A model generated the notes under the pieces. That model had not been told where the DNA came from. It worked only from the letters and a program-made list of their open reading frames with translations, and did no database searches. A stretch of 64,000 bases of DNA, from the NCBI RefSeq assembly GCF_006345805.1, contig NC_042997.1:146568001-146632000 (forward strand), given 5' to 3'. Of this stretch, positions 57,331 through 64,000 are shown one piece after another. The DNA is from Octopus sinensis (lineage: Eukaryota). The position numbers and the translations under genes were made by a program. Position 1 is the stretch's first letter. Every line of letters begins with the position of its first letter.

Positions 57331-58776
57331 AAGAAGAGAAATGCCAGCAACGATAAATAATAGCAACTCAAATAAATTGCAATAGAAAAGAATAACAAAA
57401 AGGAGGAGGCAGAAATTGAAGAGATGTGGAGAGAAAAGGGGGAGAGAAGGGAGGAAGAGTAAGAGGAAAGTATTTCTGCGAGTCTCGTTAAAGGGAGATT
57501 TCAGCTTGACCTTAGCATGATCGTTGAACAGATGAAGGAGAGGAGATCTACAATGATGGTGAGTTGGTGATCAAACTTAACAAGTTTTTTTGTTTTTGTT
57601 TCGTTTTTGTTAAAAGAAGCAGAGAAATGCATGGTAAACTATCATTGCTTGTTTTTGTTTTTTGTTTTTTGTTTTTTTAGATGGGAACCCCGACAAAGAC
57701 AGACGTTTAAAGATTACGATCTAAGTCCGAAAATTTAGAATGGTCCTTATATATGGTCCACGGGATGAGCAAGATCGTTGGTAAAACATCAGTTTGATGG
57801 CTGTTTTGCATCTTTTCATTTGCTTGAAAGAACAATTTAAAAGTGATAGAGAAGTCAACGACGAAAAACAGGTTTCGATCTGCGTTCTAGAGTGGAATGG
57901 AAAATATATGTCGCTTCCATAGATGGCATAAGTAAAGACTGAGAATGAAAGCGACACAAGAGCTCTATACAAAATAGAAAGAAAGAAAACATTCTTCCAA
58001 GGAGACATGTAGAATTCTTTACATTAAAAAAATCCTAATTTTCTTAAAGCATTCGGGATTTCAAAACCACCACGCTCTTAATAGATACTCGTTCTATTTT
58101 ACTTCCTTGGTTGTTGACACACGCTGGAATTCTTTGTGTTTAGCAAATAATAAACGAGGAAGGTTACGAAACTCTCCTAAATTTGCCACTACAGTTATAA
58201 CAGATACCGAATATGTAACCGGTCATCCAGATTGAGTGAACTTGTGCTTAGCTCTTCAGGACTATAAGGTAATATGTAAGGTCAACTTTAATCAGAGATT
58301 CAGTCACTAAGAAGTTAATTCAGTGACCAAATTCCATGGTTGTTGAAAGAAGATTGACAGAAGACCTTTATAATATCAGGTTGTAACATAATTAGAAAAG
58401 GAGTATTAGATCAGAATCTGTTAGACAAGAAGCTGATAAGAAGGATGTCGCTGCTGAATATAAATCAAGTATTTTTTCACGTCTAAACATGATAATTACA
58501 TTGGTCAAACTAAGGCGCAAGTTTTAAAATACGATGTTACGGAAGCTTTTTCATACACATGGCATACGATTTATGAACGAAGCTACTAAATAGTATTTAT
58601 CAAACCGGAATGCATTTTGGTATGTTTATTTGTAAGTGTATTTTGCTGGTATTGAGACGATCGACTGGGAGCAAAGACCATAAAAGCATCTCTCAATAGT
58701 TTCTCATTTTTCCTGATAACAAAATGATGCAGAGAGTGTGTAGCGGTATAGGTAAGTCGCTCCTCCACTGATCAGT

Positions 58777-58843
<67 letters not shown>

Positions 58844-59154
58844 TGTATGTGTTTGTGTCTGTTTGTCCTCCCATCCACCATCGCTTGACCACCGGTGTTG
58901 GTGTGTCTACGTCCCCGTAACTTAGCGGTTCGGCAAAAAGAGACCGATAGAATAAGTGGCAGGTGTCGATTTGTTCGACTAAATGCGGTGCTCCAGCATG
59001 GCCGCAATCAAATGACTGAAACAAATACAAGAGTAAAAGAGTGTTGTCACTGTTGAGGACGTCGGCTTGGCAGAATAGTTAGAGCGTCGGGGAAACGCCT
59101 TGTAGTATTTGTTCTGGCTGTTTACGTCCTGATTTCAAATCCCTCTTGGGTCGA

Positions 59155-59708
59155 TAAGGCCCGAAATTTTGGAGGAGGGCGTCAGTCGATTAGATCAACT
59201 CCAGTACGCAACAGGTGCTTAATTTATCGACCCCAAAAGGATGAAATCGAAGTCGACCTCGGCGGAATTTGAACTCAGAACGTAGCGGCAGACGAAATAC
59301 CTATTTCTTTACTATGCACAAGGGGCGAAACACAGAGAAGACAAACAAGGACAAACTGATTAAGTCGATTATATCGACCTCAATGCGTAACTGGTACTTA
59401 TTTAATCGATCCCGAAAGGATGAAAGGCAAAGTCGACCTCGGCGGAATTTGAACACAGAAGGTAACAGCAGACGAAATACCTATTTCTTTACTACCCACT
59501 AGGGGCTAAACACAGAAGGGACAAACAAGGACAAACGAATTAAGTCGATTATATCGACCCCAGTGCGTAACTGGTACTTATTTAATCGACCCCGAAAGGA
59601 TGAAAGGCAAAATCGACCTCAGCGGAATTTGAACTCAGAGCATAGCGGCAGACGCAATACGGCTACGCATTTCGCCCGGCGTGCTAACGTTTCTGCCAGC
59701 TCGCCGCC
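59155..59708 (-). mobile_element. SINE family A trimer
   Basis: Junctions at 59300/59301 and 59480/59481 (180-bp period); the last unit has the alternative tail. Confidence 0.85.
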
Positions 59709-60505
59709 TTAGATGAAATAGTTCTAATAAAGTACTGGAAGCGATTTAATCGAATTGCCCGCCCATCCAGCTCTCTGCTAATTTGTGCCTATGTTAAAAA
59801 TAATTATTAATATTGTTGTTGTTTTTGTCGTCGTCGTCGTCGTCTTGGTTTTTGTTGTTGTTTAAACGGAGTTATGTATTCGGAAGGTCTGGTGTTTATT
59901 TTATATTCGGGCACCAGAACTCAGAACACTGCCGCAGATGTTCATTTATGTCGTTGCTGTCGCCTTGACAAAGGACAATATATCGCTCCTAATCATCCAC
60001 ATCATCATCATCATCATTATCTTACCATCATCGTAATTATAATCATCACCTCCACTAACATCACCACTTTCTCCGTCTCCACAATTGTTGTTATTTTCGT
60101 TGTTGTTGTTGTAATAAGTGTTGATATTGCAGTGCTTTCATTATTCGGCACTTCTTCCTTGCAGTGACCTTGTTACGGCCGTTAATTGTTGCTGTGTCTA
60201 TGAATGTTGGATGTTGGGAGGGAAGAGCCTTCGTTACACGAGGTGGGGACGGGAGTGCTGGTTGTCTGTTGTGATGTTAACTGGTTCAATTCGACTGGCT
60301 GGTTTATCTTTTATTACGAAGGCACGATAAGGCTATTCATTGCCAGCAAATTTGGCAGAAATACAAAAAAGAGTAAGAAATATCGTAACAGATTAAGGAA
60401 ACACGCTCAAAAAAGAAGGAACGAATAGATTTAATTCAAATTGGTAAAAGCTAGAGAGAGAGAAATAGAGACTGACAGAGATAGATAGATAGATAGATAG
60501 ATAGG

Positions 60506-60569
<64 letters not shown>

Positions 60570-60614
60570 CAGACAGAGGGGGAGACACAAAAAAGAATTT
60601 GTTAATCAGTCTAC

Positions 60615-60668
<54 letters not shown>

Positions 60669-60737
60669 GTCTGTCTATCTATCTATCTATCTATCTATCC
60701 CTCTATCTATCTATCTCTCTATCTATCTACCTATCTG

Positions 60738-60780
<43 letters not shown>

Positions 60781-61641
60781 CCCCCCCGCCTGTTCGGGAC
60801 GACTTTCGGGCCAGGGCCCATGGACAACTTCCAGAGATCCCTGGCCTGGCAGTGCTACCGAGAAGCGCTACCCGTTCGGGATAAGCTCTACAGACACGGC
60901 TCGAGAAACACGGGGCCGACCTGCCCGAGATGCGGTCAGAGCGACGAAACCGTTCTGCACGCACTCGTTCAGTGTCCAACAATTTCCGACCTGTGGGCTT
61001 ATGTCGAACAACTGCTGTCACGTGTGGGACGAGTCGGTTTATCAGCTGAGTCTATCGTCAATATTGTCACGCCTCCTTCCTTCAAACGGGAAGGAAGAGC
61101 TATTTTCATCATCCTTGTGGCTATGGCGAAAGAATGTATCTGGTGGACGCGTCTGAAAGGATTGGAGACAAACACTTTCCTCTCTGGTCAATCTCTCATC
61201 AACTTCTTCAAGTACCACTTGAAAAGGAAAGTGAGAGTAGAGAGGCAAGTTTTGTCTAGCGAATGTTTAAAAAAAGATGGGTGAATGTAGCAAAGATGGC
61301 ACGTATGAATGACGAAGCCACCTTGAGCATAGTCCTATGAACCCAGAAATCGAAAACAGAGAGTTGCTTATTTGCAAAAAAAAAAAAAAAAAAAAAAGAA
61401 ATATAAAATGTGACTTCATTGACCGAGGTTACCGTGGTCTTTTCCGTAGGCTTTTCTTTCCACGGGTAAACCTCACCTGTCCTCCCCTTTACACTTCATA
61501 TTGACACTTCTGTGATAACGATCCTATTGATCAATTTTTTTCCTCTCCCCCTTTTTTTTTTTTTTTTTTTTTTTTTTAACCCCCCCCTTTTTTGTCCTCT
61601 TTCTCTCCTTTTACGATCCCTTTTGATCGAAACTCCCCTTT

Positions 61642-61676
<35 letters not shown>

Positions 61677-61747
61677 CTTCAAAAGAAAAGCTCTACCTTG
61701 TATTTGTTTCTATCTGTGTGGCAGCCCTGTGTGGCTAATAAAGAAAC
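60781..61747 (+). mobile_element. 5'-truncated L1/Tx1-clade retrotransposon 3' end (zf-RVT domain plus 3' UTR) within (CTAT)n
   Basis: [18 protein letters not shown]...[23 protein letters not shown] finger; 1-bp slip in an A run near 61270 restores KRWVNV...IVL* (stop 61338-40); T-rich UTR, AATAAA at 61737-42; (CTAT)n on both sides. Confidence 0.85.
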
Positions 61748-61957
61748 ATATCTATCTATCTATCTATCCATCTATCTGCCTGTCTATTTATCTGTCTGTC
61801 TGCCTGTCGGTCTGTCTACATATATGTACATATATGTATTTGGGTGTGTAGCTCACTAATTTCATTCTTCTCCTCTATCCCCATGACTAACATTTAGTTA
61901 GCGAAACATCTTTTTCACACTTCGTCTTTTCTCTCCCTCTCTACTCCTGCCTGTCTG

Positions 61958-62026
<69 letters not shown>

Positions 62027-63175
62027 GTGTGTGTATACATATACAAACTAAATACATAAACATATGTATTTAGTATATATGTCTGTCAGTCTCTCATTCT
62101 CCTTATATGAGTGTGTGTGTGCATACATACCTGTATAATTATAAGCATACAATGTATATACATACGTATATACATGTGTGTACGTACATATACATATACA
62201 TATATATATATATATATATATACATACACATACACACTCACACAAACACACACACACACACACACACACACGCATATATATATATATATATATATAATAT
62301 ATATATATCCGAGAGAGTTAGAGGTTGGGAAGTCAACCAACTAAAGGATAGTACCTATCTTATATACTGCTGCTTGTGTACCCAATTATTAATACCCAAG
62401 TGCTGGTTATTGTGTGGCAATTTCGCAATCGAGTGTCATATATGGGCGCGGATAAAAAGTGGTTTACCCTTAATTTATATGGCAAAAAAGAAAATGGAGG
62501 GGATACAAAAATGACATGCATCAGCCAGTAGACATTCTATTATGTCCATTCTAATACATAAGGAAGTATTATAAGAATACATACACATGCAAAGATTGTG
62601 TGTTACACACATATGTACTAGTAATACATAAAAGAGTAAAGGATCAGTTCCTTACGGCCGTTTCTGCCAAGAGGCCACGATATCATCCATGCTATCTCCA
62701 TCTCTTCAGAGTTTTGTAGATAAATTTCAGATGTTGAGTGTGTCTCTAGATGAGTACTGGGGTCGATGTAATCGACTGGCCCACTCTCCCTAAAATTTCG
62801 GGCCTTGTGTCTCAATTAGAAAAGAAAGAAAAAAAAGAATAGAGTATGTGTGTATGTGATGAAAGACAAAGATGACCGCGGTGAGATTTGAGCTCAGGGC
62901 GTAAGAACTCGAAACAAATATAAGTTTTTTTTTTATCATCTAATGCTCTTGCGATTTTGCCAGTTTGCCGCATCATTTAATCAAGCATAATGAAATTAAT
63001 AAAAACAGAAAAATGAATTAGTTCTCATTATAAATGAATGTGCTCAAAGACAGCTTTGAATGAAAGACAGTAGAATCTACAGAAATGGTATTCAATTCAA
63101 ACTAGTGAGGGGGCTTCTGAGTAGTTTATCGATCTGCAAGAAAATGCAGGTAAATCTCCTTCAAATCTAATATAA

Positions 63176-63578
63176 AGTTCTTTTCTATTCCAGGCACAAG
63201 GCCCGAAATTTTGGTGGATAGGGACCAATTGATTAGATCAACCCCAGTACGCAACTGGTACTTAATTTATCGACCCCGAAAGGATGAAAGGTAAACTCGA
63301 CCTTGGCGGAATTTGAACTCAGAACGTAAAGACAGACGAAATACCTATTTCTTTACTACCCACAAGGGACTAAATACAGATAGGACAAACAAGGACAGAT
63401 AAACGGATTAAGTCGATTACATCGACCCCAGTGCGTCACTGGTACTTAATTTAGCGACCCCGAAAGGATGAAAGGTAAAGTCGACCTCGGCGGAATTTGA
63501 ACTCAGAACGTAGCGGCGGATGAAATACCACAAAGCATTTCGCCCGGCGTGCTAACGTCTCTGCCAGCTCGCCGCCTA
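63176..63578 (-). mobile_element. SINE family A dimer bounded by one 15-bp TSD
   Basis: TCAAATCTAATATAA at 63161-63175 and 63579-63593; internal junction at 63344/63345. Confidence 0.9.
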
Positions 63579-64000
63579 TCAAATCTAATATAATGAACAA
63601 AAGATACATTAGACAATATAGTCCTATATTTCATTTAAAGAAACAGAAAGTGATTGGCGAGATTTGAACTCAGAACATAAAGAGCCGAAAGAAATGCCGT
63701 ACGACTTTCTAACGTTTCTGCAAATCCATCACCCCTAATGGATTCTATTTGAGTACAAGTCTAAGAATTCTAATGATAAGGCTTAGTCGATTATACTGAC
63801 TATCGTCCCAGCTCGTCACCTTGCGTGTACAGTGTGTGTATGCGTGTATCTGTTCGTATTTGTATGAATGTGTGTGTGTGCGTGTGTGTGCGTGTGTGTG
63901 CGTGTAACATAAAAATGAAAACAGTCGTCTGCCTTCAGTGAAAATTGTATTACTTGAAGATGCTGTAATATTTTGTTGTATATTTCATCTACACCAGGGC

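Noticed and set aside
57480-60245. Isolated splice-like signals (ATG|GTGAGT at 57558; ttcttccttgcag| near 60164)
   Set aside because: No matching partner sites or recognisable peptide; such words are expected by chance in 64 kb.

Overview
AT-rich, microsatellite-saturated animal DNA with no recognisable host protein-coding gene. The SINE families and simple-repeat content look like a coleoid cephalopod, most likely Octopus (inference from recalled repeat sequences). Nearly all long ORFs in the track are translations of (TA)n, (CA)n, (TATG)n, (GATA)n and (TAA)n tracts. Real coding relics are all transposon-derived: two Tc1/mariner-type elements plus a mariner deletion derivative, a probable pogo/Tigger relic, an RTE LINE relic, two R4/Dong-like fragments in or next to (TAA)n, and a Tx1/L1-like 3' end inside (CTAT)n. 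There are dozens of tRNA-derived SINE copies and a Helitron-like tandem dimer. The main hidden signal is a set of short non-coding elements, mostly beside (TA)n tracts, that carry type I hammerhead ribozyme (HHR) folds: at least 7 near-intact motifs in unrelated sequence contexts plus several relics. Four long hairpins carry one HHR or HHR relic per arm, always pointing outward. Also notable are SINE multimers sharing one fixed junction at four loci and about 10 long inverted repeats. All alignments and folds were done by eye; SINE boundaries are approximate and no ribozyme activity is demonstrated.
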